DNA of 64,000 nt from an uncultured Chloroflexia bacterium (GCA_963840145.1 CAWIXR010000005.1:94094-158093), one strand, 5' to 3'. Shown: positions 29,655-38,960, numbered from the stretch's first letter. The notes: generated from the letters alone by a model not told the origin. Program-made: numbers and translations.

Positions 29655-31133
29655 ATGACCGACGCCCCCACGAAGCTCCTCATCGGCGGTGAGCTGCGCG
29701 ACGCCGCCGCCGGCGCCACCTTCGCGACGTTCGATCCGGCCCACGGCGGTGAGCTGGCGACCGTCGCCCAAGCCGGGACCGATGACGTCGACGCGGCCGT
29801 CACCGCGGCCCGCGGCGCGCTCGAGGGCGCGTGGGCGAAGACCAGCCCAGCCAAGCGGGCGCGCGCGCTGAACAGGCTGGCGCAGCTGCTCGACGAGCAG
29901 ACCGATGATCTCGCCGAGCTCGAGAGCCGCAACAACGGCAAGGCGAAGTGGCAATGCGCGGCCGAGATCAAGGTGGCGGTGGCCACGCTCGAGCTGTTCG
30001 CCGGCACCGCCCAGCACCTCTACGGCCGCTCCCACGTCGTCAACCCTGCGGTCGTCTCGTACACGCTCCGTGAGCCGGTCGGCGTGGTCGGCGCGATCAT
30101 CCCCTGGAACTACCCGCTGATGATGGCCGCCTGGAAGGTGGCGCCGGCGCTGGCGACCGGCAACACCCTGATCCTGAAGCCCGCATCGGCCACGCCGTTG
30201 ACCGCCATCCGCCTCGGCGAGCTGGCGCTCGAGGCCGGCATCCCGCCCGGCGTGCTCAACGTCATCCCCGGGCCCGGCGCCGAGGTCGGGGAGGCGATCG
30301 CCGCCCATCCGGGCATCGACAAGGTCGCCTTCACCGGCGAGACCGATACCGGCCGCCGCATCGCGGCGGCCGCCGCGGCGACACTCAAGAGAGTGTCGCT
30401 GGAGCTTGGCGGCAAGAGCCCGAACATCGTCTTCGCCGATGCGGACCTCGAGGCGGCCGTCCTCGGCTCGCTGTGGGCGATCTTCTATTCGGCCGGGCAG
30501 TCGTGCGAGGCGCGCTCGCGGATCCTCGTGCAGGACGAGGCCTACGACGCGTTCGCATCGGCCTTTGCGGAGAAGGCTCGGTCCCTTGCCGTCGGCGATC
30601 CCCTCGCCGACGAGACGAAGGTGGGCTCGCTGATCAGCCGCGCGCATGCCGATCGGGTGCGCGAGTTCATCGAGATCGGCGTGGCGGATGGCGGCGAGCT
30701 CCTGGCCGGTGGCCCGCGCGTCGAGCTGAACGGAAACCTCGACGCCGATGCGTTCGTCGCGCCGACGGTCATCGGCGGCGTCGGCAACGACGCGCGGATC
30801 GCGCAGGAGGAGGTCTTCGGCCCGGTCGTGACCCTCACCCGCTTCGGCGACGAGGCCGAGGCGGTGGCCTTCGCGAACGGCGTGCGCTACGGGTTGGCGG
30901 CGACGGTCTGGACCCAGGATGGCTCGCGCGGCCACCGCGTCGCGCAGCGGATCCGGTCGGGCGCGGTCGGCATCAACACCCCGTTCATCGCGTTTCCCGG
31001 TGTCCCGTTCGGCGGCTTCAAGGAGTCCGGCTACGGGCGCGAGCAGTCGATCGAGGCGCTCGACCTGTACACCGAGACGAAGGCGATTCTCCAGAACACC
31101 TCGCCCAAGCCGGTCAACCCGCTCGGCGTCTAG
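29655..31133 (+). CDS. NAD(P)-dependent aldehyde dehydrogenase
   Basis: Catalytic Cys (GQSCEA), ELGGKSP motif and GTGR motif. Confidence 0.9.
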   Translation: MTDAPTKLLIGGELRDAAAGATFATFDPAHGGELATVAQAGTDDVDAAVTAARGALEGAWAKTSPAKRARALNRLAQLLDEQTDDLAELESRNNGKAKWQCAAEIKVAVATLELFAGTAQHLYGRSHVVNPAVVSYTLREPVGVVGAIIPWNYPLMMAAWKVAPALATGNTLILKPASATPLTAIRLGELALEAGIPPGVLNVIPGPGAEVGEAIAAHPGIDKVAFTGETDTGRRIAAAAAATLKRVSLELGGKSPNIVFADADLEAAVLGSLWAIFYSAGQSCEARSRILVQDEAYDAFASAFAEKARSLAVGDPLADETKVGSLISRAHADRVREFIEIGVADGGELLAGGPRVELNGNLDADAFVAPTVIGGVGNDARIAQEEVFGPVVTLTRFGDEAEAVAFANGVRYGLAATVWTQDGSRGHRVAQRIRSGAVGINTPFIAFPGVPFGGFKESGYGREQSIEALDLYTETKAILQNTSPKPVNPLGV

Positions 31134-31137
31134 CCCG

Positions 31138-32022
31138 ATGACCGGTCCCGAGCGCTCCTGGTCCTCGCGCTTCCCCGAAGGCTGGTGGGGCTACCACTGG
31201 GAGCCGCCCGTGCCGATGAGCGCGGTCGAGCTGATCGGCACCCCGACGATCGACGCGCGGCTGATGGCCACGTTGTGGGCCGTTGTCGCCCGCCGCCGCA
31301 GCGTGATGCTCAGCTCCGAGGCGCCGCAGGCCGGCAAGACGACCCTGCTGAGCGCGCTCGTCGACTTCCTCCCCGCTGACACGACCGGAATCTTCGTCCG
31401 CGGCTGGTGGGAGGAGTACGACTGGCTCGACGAGATCCCGCCCGGCACCGGCTACCTGCTCATCAACGAGATGAGCGACCACCTGCCGATCTACGTCTGG
31501 GGCCGCGCCGCCCGCGGCGCGCTGATGCTGGCCGGCAAGGGCTGGGGCATCGGCGCCACCATGCACGCCGACTCGCTTCCCGAGGCCCTCGCCACCCTTC
31601 GGACCCACCTTGGCGCGACCGATGCCGACCTCGCCGGCCTCACCGTCTACCTCCAGTACTCGGCCTACCTGACGCCGGCGGGGATGTATCGGCGCATCGA
31701 GGAAGCCTGGCACCTGCGCCTGGATGCCGATGGCGCGCTGGCGCCCGTCCGGCTCGGGGCCATCGAGGGCGATCGGTCCAGTTCGCTGACCGGCGCCCAG
31801 CGTCTGCCCACGCCGCCGATGCTGTCATCGGATGGTGGCCGTGCTGCGCGGCCATTCCTCCACGACCCGGCCGCCTATGCGGTGCTCGCGACCACGCTCG
31901 GCCTGACGCCGGAGGCATTCGAGGCGGAGCTCGCGCATCGGTCTGGCTTCCTCGAGGAGCTGGCCGAGCGCGGTGTCTGCGATCCACCCGCCGTTGCCGC
32001 AGCCGTACGCGACTTCTCCTGA
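31138..32022 (+). CDS. divergent secretion-type (VirB11/CpaF/FlaI superfamily) P-loop ATPase core, stand-alone
   Basis: Walker A APQAGKTT, Asp-box-like GIFVRGWWEE, atypical Walker B YLLINEMSD and His-box GATMHADS, collinear with the CpaF ATPase domain. No N-terminal domain. The ATG is 4 nt after the aldH stop. Confidence 0.5.
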   Translation: MTGPERSWSSRFPEGWWGYHWEPPVPMSAVELIGTPTIDARLMATLWAVVARRRSVMLSSEAPQAGKTTLLSALVDFLPADTTGIFVRGWWEEYDWLDEIPPGTGYLLINEMSDHLPIYVWGRAARGALMLAGKGWGIGATMHADSLPEALATLRTHLGATDADLAGLTVYLQYSAYLTPAGMYRRIEEAWHLRLDADGALAPVRLGAIEGDRSSSLTGAQRLPTPPMLSSDGGRAARPFLHDPAAYAVLATTLGLTPEAFEAELAHRSGFLEELAERGVCDPPAVAAAVRDFS

Positions 32023-32316
32023 CTCGATCCCCGCACCACGGGACATACGCCCAAGGAGGGCAGCGCGGCGGGGAACTCCGGCGTGATCTGACCCGTGCCA
32101 CGGGAATTCGGCGACGGAGGCGGCCGTGCCTGGGAGTATCTCCCGCCCTACGGGAAGGCCATTCCGCGACGTTGACGCGGTACACTCGCCCTGTTCGCGC
32201 TCAGGCGCGTCCCTATCACGAGTGGCCCGAGAGCCCTGGCTCGCTGACGGCCCGGCAACCGACCCGCGTCCTCGCGCGGAAGCGGTGCCCCAGCCAGGAC
32301 CGATAGGAGACAGAGG
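32023..32316 (+). promoter_or_regulatory. 294-nt leader A with three TCCCG-N5-CGGGA palindromic motifs
   Basis: Copies at 32030-32044, 32092-32106 and 32142-32156. It is paralogous to leader B. Confidence 0.45.
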
Positions 32317-33426
32317 ATGACCGCTCCGCCTTCCCCGAACTCGACGACGCCCGAACGCGCCGTCCACCTGGTCGGCAGCACGCCCTTCGACGATCCCGAT
32401 GAGGCACTCGACGTCTTCTACGCGGAGCTGGGTCCGCGGTTGCGCACCGTCCCTGACGGGGAGACCGGCGAGCGCCAGAACTGGATCCAGGGGCTGATCG
32501 ATTCGTTCCGGCACCATCCCAAGCTCGAGGTCGCGCGCCACGGCGACTGGTCCGACTACGACAAGACGCCGACCTTCCGCGTCCGCCGCGGGCAGCGGTT
32601 CACCTCCGCCGACCTCGATCTTGGGTACCTGCGCCACTTCAACGAGTCGTGGCCGCTCTTCGAGCGACGGCGGACCGATGGCCAGCGCTTCCAGGTCGGC
32701 GTCCCTGGGGACTTCGACCTGTCGTCATTCACGTTCGGCCCGTCGCCGAACGGGCTTCGCTATCGAGCAGCCTTCCGGAACGCGACGCTCCGCGACATTC
32801 GCGCGATCCACGACATCGCCGGCGATGAGGTCGTCTACCAGATCGAGGTGCCCTTCGAGCTCATCATCCTGACCTTCCTGCCGCCCACCGTCGGGCGACT
32901 CGCGGCCGGCTACTTCGCCCGCGGGATCGCCGACCTCGCGCGGCGAGCACCGGAGGGAAGCCGCTGGGGCATCCACCTGTGCCTCGGCGACATGAACCAC
33001 CGTGCCTTCGGCCGGCTGCGCGACGTCGGGCCGGTCGTCTGGCTGGCGAACGCGATCGTCGGCCGATGGCCGGATGGCCGTGTCCTCGACTTCGTCCACG
33101 CGCCGCTGGCCGCGGCCGCCGAGCCGCCGCCACTCGAGCCGGAGTTCTACGCACCGCTGCGCGAGCTGCGGCTTCCCCCCGCGACGCGGTTCGTCGGGGG
33201 CTTCGTCCACGAGGGACGGACGCTTGCCGAGCAGCGGGCGCTGATGGCGCGGCTCGACGCGTTGATCGGCCGGCCCGTGGACGTCGCGTGCTCGTGCGGG
33301 CTGGGGCGACGCTCGCGCGACGACGCGCTGCGGACGATCGCGCTGGCACGGGAACTCGTCGATGGGGATCGGGCCGCGGATGAGGTCGCCGAGTTGCCGC
33401 CCGTAACCGTTGCCGCTCGCGAGTGA
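32317..33426 (+). CDS. MetE/UROD-fold protein (cobalamin-independent methionine synthase C-terminal-domain-like)
   Basis: IHLCLGD (His-x-Cys) and C-terminal VDVACSCGLGRRSRDDALRTIALAREL resemble the MetE zinc-site motifs. AGGAGA RBS. Confidence 0.5.
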   Translation: MTAPPSPNSTTPERAVHLVGSTPFDDPDEALDVFYAELGPRLRTVPDGETGERQNWIQGLIDSFRHHPKLEVARHGDWSDYDKTPTFRVRRGQRFTSADLDLGYLRHFNESWPLFERRRTDGQRFQVGVPGDFDLSSFTFGPSPNGLRYRAAFRNATLRDIRAIHDIAGDEVVYQIEVPFELIILTFLPPTVGRLAAGYFARGIADLARRAPEGSRWGIHLCLGDMNHRAFGRLRDVGPVVWLANAIVGRWPDGRVLDFVHAPLAAAAEPPPLEPEFYAPLRELRLPPATRFVGGFVHEGRTLAEQRALMARLDALIGRPVDVACSCGLGRRSRDDALRTIALARELVDGDRAADEVAELPPVTVAARE

Positions 33427-33717
33427 ACCTCGGCTCCCTTGATTCTCGCACCACGGGAGTTAGTCACAGCGAACCATCCGGGATTGCTACCTCGGTCGCG
33501 ATCTGACCCGCAGGACGGGAAGTTCGCGAAGGAGCTGGCGTTCGCTGGGCGGAACTCCCGCACCACGGGATACGCGCCGCCGAATGACGGCCAAGTGGGT
33601 GGTCGGGCAACGAGTGCTACGCTCTGGGGCGTGACCCCGAGCACCGACCGCCCGGCCGATACCACGCTTGGCGAGCTGCGCGCCGTGGGCTACCGGTCGC
33701 GCAGCGTCAAGGAGGAG
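33427..33717 (+). promoter_or_regulatory. 291-nt leader B with three TCCCG-N5-CGGGA palindromic motifs
   Basis: Copies at 33444-33458, 33506-33520 and 33556-33570. It shares blocks such as GATCTGACCCG and GGAACTCC with leader A. Confidence 0.45.
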
Positions 33718-35058
33718 ATGCGAGCCAACCTGCTGGCTCATCTCCGCGAGGGACGGACCTTCCTGCCGGGAATCCTCGGCTACGACGAGACCGTGCTGCC
33801 GCAGCTCGAGAACGCGATCCTGGCCGGACAGGACGTCATCCTGCTCGGCGAGCGCGGGCAGGCGAAGAGCCGGATCGCGCGCAGCCTCATCGGCCTGCTC
33901 GACCCGTGGCTGCCGTATGTCGCCGGCACCGAGCTCCACGACGACCCATTGCACCCGGTCTCGCCGCTCGCGCGCCGGATCCTCGCCGAGGAAGGCGACA
34001 ACGCGACCATCGGCTGGTGGGCGGCGGAGGATCGGTACAGCGAGAAGCTCAGCACCCCGGACATCAGCATCGCCGACCTCATCGGCGAGGTGGACCCGGT
34101 CAAGGTGGCCGAGGGCCGCTACCTGTCCGACGAGCTGACGATCCACTATGGGCTGCTGCCGCGCACGCATCGGGCCATCTTCAGCCTCAACGAGCTGCCG
34201 GACCTGGCCGAGCGCATCCAGGTCGGCCTGCTCAACGTGATGGAGGAGCGCGACGTCCAGGTCCGCGGCTACCGGGTGCGCCTGGAGCTCGACCTGTTCG
34301 TCATCGCCAGCGCGAACCCGGAGGACTACACGAGCCGCGGGCGGATCATCACGCCGCTGAAGGACCGATTCGGCGCGCAGATCCGGACGCACTACCCGGA
34401 GGAGAGCGACACCGAGATGGCGATCGTCGACTCGGAGGCCACCATCTTCGAGACCGATGACGACCGATCCATCCCGGTCCAGGTGCCCGGCTTCATGAAG
34501 GAGGTCATCGCGGAGCTGTCGCAGCTGGCGCGGCGATCCTCGGAGGTCAGCCAGCGCTCCGGCGTGAGCGTGCGGGTCACGATCTCGAACCACGAGACGC
34601 TTGCCGCGGCCGCACTGAAGCGTGCCGTGCGCCTCGGCGAGCCGTCGGCGGCGCCGCGGATCAGCGACCTGCCGGCGATCGTGGCCTCGACCGCGGGCAA
34701 GATCGAGCTCGAGACCCTCGGCGACGAGACGCGCGAGGATCGCGTCGTCGAGAAGCTCGTGGCCCGCGCGGTCGTCAACGTCTTCAACCGCCACTTCGCG
34801 CTCAGCGAGATGGCGCCGCTTATCGAGCGCTTCGAAGAGGAGGGCCTGCAGGCCGAGGTCGGCGAGTTCGTCCCGTCGACCGCCCACGGCTCGCTGGCCG
34901 ACGCCGTGCCCGAGCTGCGGTCGGCCGTCGCGCGGCTGGACGCCGGGGAGTCGCCGGCGGGCGTGGCCTCGGCGATCGAGTTCGTCCTCGAGGGTCTTCA
35001 CCTCAACCGGCGGTTGAACAAGGAGCGCCGCGGCGGCGGGATCCGCTACGCCCGCTGA
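33718..35058 (+). CDS. ChlI/BchI-like AAA+ protein with degenerate Walker A and Walker B motifs
   Basis: Collinear with Mg-chelatase ChlI (FLPGILGYDE..., LLPRTHRAIFSLNELPDL..., SANPEDYTSRGRIITPLKDRFG). Walker A reads GERGQAKS where ChlI has GDRGTGKS. Walker B reads FSLNE where ChlI has YIDE. AAGGAGG RBS 4 nt before the ATG. Confidence 0.6.
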   Translation: MRANLLAHLREGRTFLPGILGYDETVLPQLENAILAGQDVILLGERGQAKSRIARSLIGLLDPWLPYVAGTELHDDPLHPVSPLARRILAEEGDNATIGWWAAEDRYSEKLSTPDISIADLIGEVDPVKVAEGRYLSDELTIHYGLLPRTHRAIFSLNELPDLAERIQVGLLNVMEERDVQVRGYRVRLELDLFVIASANPEDYTSRGRIITPLKDRFGAQIRTHYPEESDTEMAIVDSEATIFETDDDRSIPVQVPGFMKEVIAELSQLARRSSEVSQRSGVSVRVTISNHETLAAAALKRAVRLGEPSAAPRISDLPAIVASTAGKIELETLGDETREDRVVEKLVARAVVNVFNRHFALSEMAPLIERFEEEGLQAEVGEFVPSTAHGSLADAVPELRSAVARLDAGESPAGVASAIEFVLEGLHLNRRLNKERRGGGIRYAR

Positions 35059-35200
35059 CGACGTAACCGGGGAGCAGCGCCCGGACGACGGATTCCCGCG
35101 CGATCGCTTCGTCGCGCTCGTCGGACGCTTCCCGAAGTACGGGCGCCTGGCGTGGCATCTCGCCCGCGACGATCGCCTGTCCGCCGCGCGAAGGGCGGCA

Positions 35201-35530
35201 TTGCTCGCCGGCACCGCCTACCTCGTCTCACCGATCGACCTGGTGCCCGGCTTCATCCCGGTCGTCGGCCAGCTCGACGACGCCCTGGTCGTGCTCCTGG
35301 CCATCCGTCACGCCTTGACCGGCCTGCCGCCGGCGGACCGCGAGGCCGCGCTCACCCGGGCCGGCCTGGATGCGCGGGCGCTCGACGACGACCTGCGAAC
35401 GATCGCGGCGACCTACGCCTGGCTGGGCCGGAAGGGGGCGCGGCTCACCTGGCGCACTGCCCGCACGCTCGCCCGTGCGGGGTCGCGGCTCGGTCATCGT
35501 CTGGCTGCTCGGGCGCGACGCGAGGGCTGA
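35201..35530 (+). CDS. DUF1232 (YkvA-like) domain protein
   Basis: SPIDLVPGFIPVVGQLDD is the family motif. The track start is a TTG. The ORF stays open and protein-like for ~45 codons further upstream with no canonical start. Confidence 0.5.
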   Translation: MLAGTAYLVSPIDLVPGFIPVVGQLDDALVVLLAIRHALTGLPPADREAALTRAGLDARALDDDLRTIAATYAWLGRKGARLTWRTARTLARAGSRLGHRLAARARREG

Positions 35531-35590
35531 TCGGTACCATCGGGCCATCCCCTCAGGCTCGACTCACCCGTAGGCTCGCCCGATGGGTGC

Positions 35591-38305
35591 GTGCCTGGCG
35601 GGGCGGAAGTCTCCTCGATGACCCTGAGCGATGAGCGTGCCGCGCGATTTGCCGCCGCTGGCGCCTATCGGCGCCTCTTCCTCGTGGCCGGCGTGGGCAT
35701 CGTCGCCCTCGTCGCGGGCGTCCTGGCGAGCGGTGGCGCACCCTGGCCGCAGCTCGTCCGCCTCGCCGCGGCTGCAATCGGCTTCGCGTTAGCGTTCCGC
35801 GGCTGGCACGCCGCGGTCGGCCGCCGCCGTCGCGTCCGCGGGTGGATCACGTTCGCGATCGGCGTCTGGCTCGTCTCCGAGACCGGCCGCCTGGTCGCGG
35901 CCTGGACCGGCGAGCCGGCCATCCTCGCCGAGCTGAGCGTCGTCGCCCTCGCTGTCGCGGCGGTCGGCACCTACATCGCCATCGTCCGCGGTCGGATGCG
36001 GCCGGCCGAGGAGGCGGCCCTCTACCTCGACCAGGCGGCCCTCTTCTTCGGGCTGATGGCCGCGGTGGTGCTCATCGGTTCGAGCGTGCTGTACGACGGC
36101 CACAGCGTGGCGGTGCTGGCGCACGGGGCCTTTTTCCTCGGCGTGCTGGCGGCGACGCTGTTGCTCGATCTCGCCACCCACACGCCGCTCCGCTTCGTGG
36201 GCCCATGGGAGATCCTCGTGGGGCTGGCGTTGGTCGCGGGCGGCTACATCGGGCTGCTGACCCGGACGGGACCGGAGACGGTGACGACGGCGCTGCAGCT
36301 GAGCGTCGCCTTCGGCGTGATTCTGGCCGGACACGGGGGCGGCCACTGGACCGATCTCGAGGCGCGATCGCCGCGATACCTCAGGGCCGCCGACACGTTG
36401 CGGAGGATCCTGCCGATCGGCAGCGCGATTCTGACCGTCGCGATCGGCGTCGTGCTGATCTGGCAGCCGGAGATGATCGCCGGACCCGCGCGCATCGGCG
36501 TGGCGGTCGCGGCCGGCACCGCCGCGCTCGCCGTGCTCGCCCGCCAGACGCTGCTGCTTTTGGATCGCGACAGGGTCATCGGCAGCGAACGCCGCCTCAG
36601 CGACGAGCTGACGGTCGCCGAGGCGCAGTACCGATCCGTCGTCGAGCGCGTGCCCGGCGTCGTCTACGTCGCCGAGGCCGGACAGCACGGTCGCTGGCAT
36701 TTCGTCAGCCCGAAGATCAAGCAACTGCTCGGCTACAGCGCCGAGGAGTGGATGGGCGATCCGACGCTCTGGATGACCCGCATGCATCCGGCCGATCGCG
36801 CCCGGATGATCCAGGCCGAGAACGACGACCTCGAGCGCGCCGACAGCCAGGGGCGCTGGGAATACCGATTGATCGCGCGCGACGGTCGCGTCGTGTGGGT
36901 CATCGACGACGAGGCGGTCATCAGCCGCGACGTCGACGGCCGGCCGATCATGGTGCAGGGCATCCTCGTCGACATCAGCGACCGCAAGGACCTGGAGGAA
37001 CAGCTTCGCCACCAGGCCCTGCACGACCCGCTCACCGGCCTGCCGAATCGGGTGCTCTTCGTGGATCGCCTCTCGCATGCCCTGGTGCGCCGCGCGCGGG
37101 CGACGAACGGTCTCGCGGTGCTGTTCGTCGACCTCGACGACTTCAAGGACGTCAACGACAGCCTCGGCCACGCGGTCGGCGACCGCCTCCTGCGCCTTGT
37201 CGCGGCGCGGCTGCGCGGCGTCCTGCGCGCCGAGGACAGCGCCGGGCGCCTGGGGGGCGACGAGTTCGCCTTCCTGCTCGAGGACGCCACCCCGGCTCGC
37301 GCCGAGCGGGTGGCCGAGCGCATCCTCGCCGCCCTTGGTGCGCCGTTCGAGCTGGGCGAGGGCAATGCGACCCTGTCGGCCAGCATCGGCATCGCGGTCC
37401 GCTCGGGACCGATCGACGAGACCGATGCCACCGCCGCGGCCGACGAGCTGCTGCGCGACGCCGACACCGCGATGTACGCCGCCAAGGCGATGGGCAAGGG
37501 CCGCGTCCGCCTCTTCGACCGCGGCATGTCCGAGCCGGCGGCCCGCCGCCGTGAGCTCGGCGCGGCCCTGGCCCGGGCCTTGGACGATGACGATCAGCTG
37601 TTCCTCGAGTACCAGCCGATCGTCGACCTGCGCAGCCGCTCGTGGTTCGGCCTCGAGGCACTCGTGCGCTGGGATCACCCGCAGCTCGGCCGCCTGATGC
37701 CCGCCGAATTCATTCCGCTGGCAGAGGAGAACCGCCTGATCAGCCGCCTCGGCGACTGGGTCCTGCGCCGCGCCTGCAGCGACCTCGCCGGCGGGAACAC
37801 GCTGGTCTCGGTCAACGTGTCCGCCCACCAGCTCGGCGGCGATCTCTCCGGCGTCGTCGCGGCCGTCCTGGCCGAGACCGGGCTGAAGCCCTCGCGCCTG
37901 ATGCTCGAGCTGACCGAGAGCACGATCGCCTCGGCCGGCGCCGGGGCCGAGGGCGAGCTCCAGGCGATCCAGGGCCTCGGCGTACGGATCGCGCTCGACG
38001 ACTTTGGATCGGGCTACTCCTCGCTCGAATACCTCGGCCGCATCCCGATCGACATCCTGAAGATCGACCGCTCGCTGGTCGAGCAGGTGCACGTCGAGCC
38101 GCAGCGCCAGGAGGTGCTGCGGGCCATCGGCCACATCGCCGAGAAGCTCGGCCTGCGCACGATCGTCGAGGGCGTCGAGCACGAGGCCCAGCGGGAGGCG
38201 CTTCTCGATCTCGGCTTCCACCATGCGCAGGGATTCCTCTTCGCCCACCCGCTGCCGCTCACCGAGGCCCTCGCCCCTCCCTCCGAGCTGTCGCGAGCTT
38301 CGTAG
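35591..38305 (+). CDS. membrane sensor protein with PAS, GGDEF and EAL domains (c-di-GMP turnover)
   Basis: ~9 N-terminal TM helices, a PAS region, GGDEF (RLGGDEFAF) and EAL (EALVRW, ELTES, DDFGSGYSS) motifs. Confidence 0.85.
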   Translation: MPGGAEVSSMTLSDERAARFAAAGAYRRLFLVAGVGIVALVAGVLASGGAPWPQLVRLAAAAIGFALAFRGWHAAVGRRRRVRGWITFAIGVWLVSETGRLVAAWTGEPAILAELSVVALAVAAVGTYIAIVRGRMRPAEEAALYLDQAALFFGLMAAVVLIGSSVLYDGHSVAVLAHGAFFLGVLAATLLLDLATHTPLRFVGPWEILVGLALVAGGYIGLLTRTGPETVTTALQLSVAFGVILAGHGGGHWTDLEARSPRYLRAADTLRRILPIGSAILTVAIGVVLIWQPEMIAGPARIGVAVAAGTAALAVLARQTLLLLDRDRVIGSERRLSDELTVAEAQYRSVVERVPGVVYVAEAGQHGRWHFVSPKIKQLLGYSAEEWMGDPTLWMTRMHPADRARMIQAENDDLERADSQGRWEYRLIARDGRVVWVIDDEAVISRDVDGRPIMVQGILVDISDRKDLEEQLRHQALHDPLTGLPNRVLFVDRLSHALVRRARATNGLAVLFVDLDDFKDVNDSLGHAVGDRLLRLVAARLRGVLRAEDSAGRLGGDEFAFLLEDATPARAERVAERILAALGAPFELGEGNATLSASIGIAVRSGPIDETDATAAADELLRDADTAMYAAKAMGKGRVRLFDRGMSEPAARRRELGAALARALDDDDQLFLEYQPIVDLRSRSWFGLEALVRWDHPQLGRLMPAEFIPLAEENRLISRLGDWVLRRACSDLAGGNTLVSVNVSAHQLGGDLSGVVAAVLAETGLKPSRLMLELTESTIASAGAGAEGELQAIQGLGVRIALDDFGSGYSSLEYLGRIPIDILKIDRSLVEQVHVEPQRQEVLRAIGHIAEKLGLRTIVEGVEHEAQREALLDLGFHHAQGFLFAHPLPLTEALAPPSELSRAS

Positions 38306-38313
38306 GCCGACGG

Positions 38314-38745
38314 CTATGCGGCGGGCTCCGCGACGAGCCGTCCCGCGTGGGCGCTCTCGGATGCATCGGCCGTCCAGTACGCGCTCGATCGCTTCGCCAG
38401 GGTGACCGCCGCATAGGTCAGGACGAGCGCGTTCACCGGATGCAGGGCCGCGACGACGGCGAAGCCCTCGAACAGCTGGTGGACGTGGACGAGCATGCCC
38501 TGCACGACGAGCAGGCCGAGGACGCCGAACACGAGACGCTTCTCCGGGACGCGGCCGACGAAGGTGGCGGCGATGAGCAGGATCGTCAGCGCACCGATGA
38601 CATGCGCCATGTTCCGATGCAGCTCGATGTTGCTGGCGCCGGCGAAGACATACAGGCCGGCGAAGAACACCTGGGTCGCGAGCGCGGCGACATACGCCCA
38701 GGCGAGGATCGGGAAGGCGCGGGTGCGGGCAACGGTGCGGACCAT
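38314..38745 (-). CDS. hypothetical integral membrane protein
   Basis: 144 aa, 4 TMS. GGAGG RBS 9 nt upstream of the internal ATG. The longer drawn ORF N-terminus is spurious. Confidence 0.5.
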   Translation of the reverse strand: MVRTVARTRAFPILAWAYVAALATQVFFAGLYVFAGASNIELHRNMAHVIGALTILLIAATFVGRVPEKRLVFGVLGLLVVQGMLVHVHQLFEGFAVVAALHPVNALVLTYAAVTLAKRSSAYWTADASESAHAGRLVAEPAA

Positions 38746-38960
38746 CGGGCAGGTGACCTCCGAATTGCATGCGGGCTGGCGTGATCGCCAGCCGGCACTG
38801 TCGCCGACGAGCCGATGCGTGGTCATCGGTCGAGTGCTGGGGAGCGGCGGAGTCCGTTTGACGTAGGACACGTCGGCCGCTCGTCCGCACGCCGGCCGCG
38901 CTGGCATGGCGTGTGCGTTAGGGGTCTGGGTAGACCACGAGCCGCAGGGGAGAATCACTC

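Noticed and set aside
35789-38890. 1033-aa minus-strand ORF opposite the GGDEF-EAL gene
   Set aside because: Antisense GC artefact. The plus-strand product has clear PAS/GGDEF/EAL motifs.
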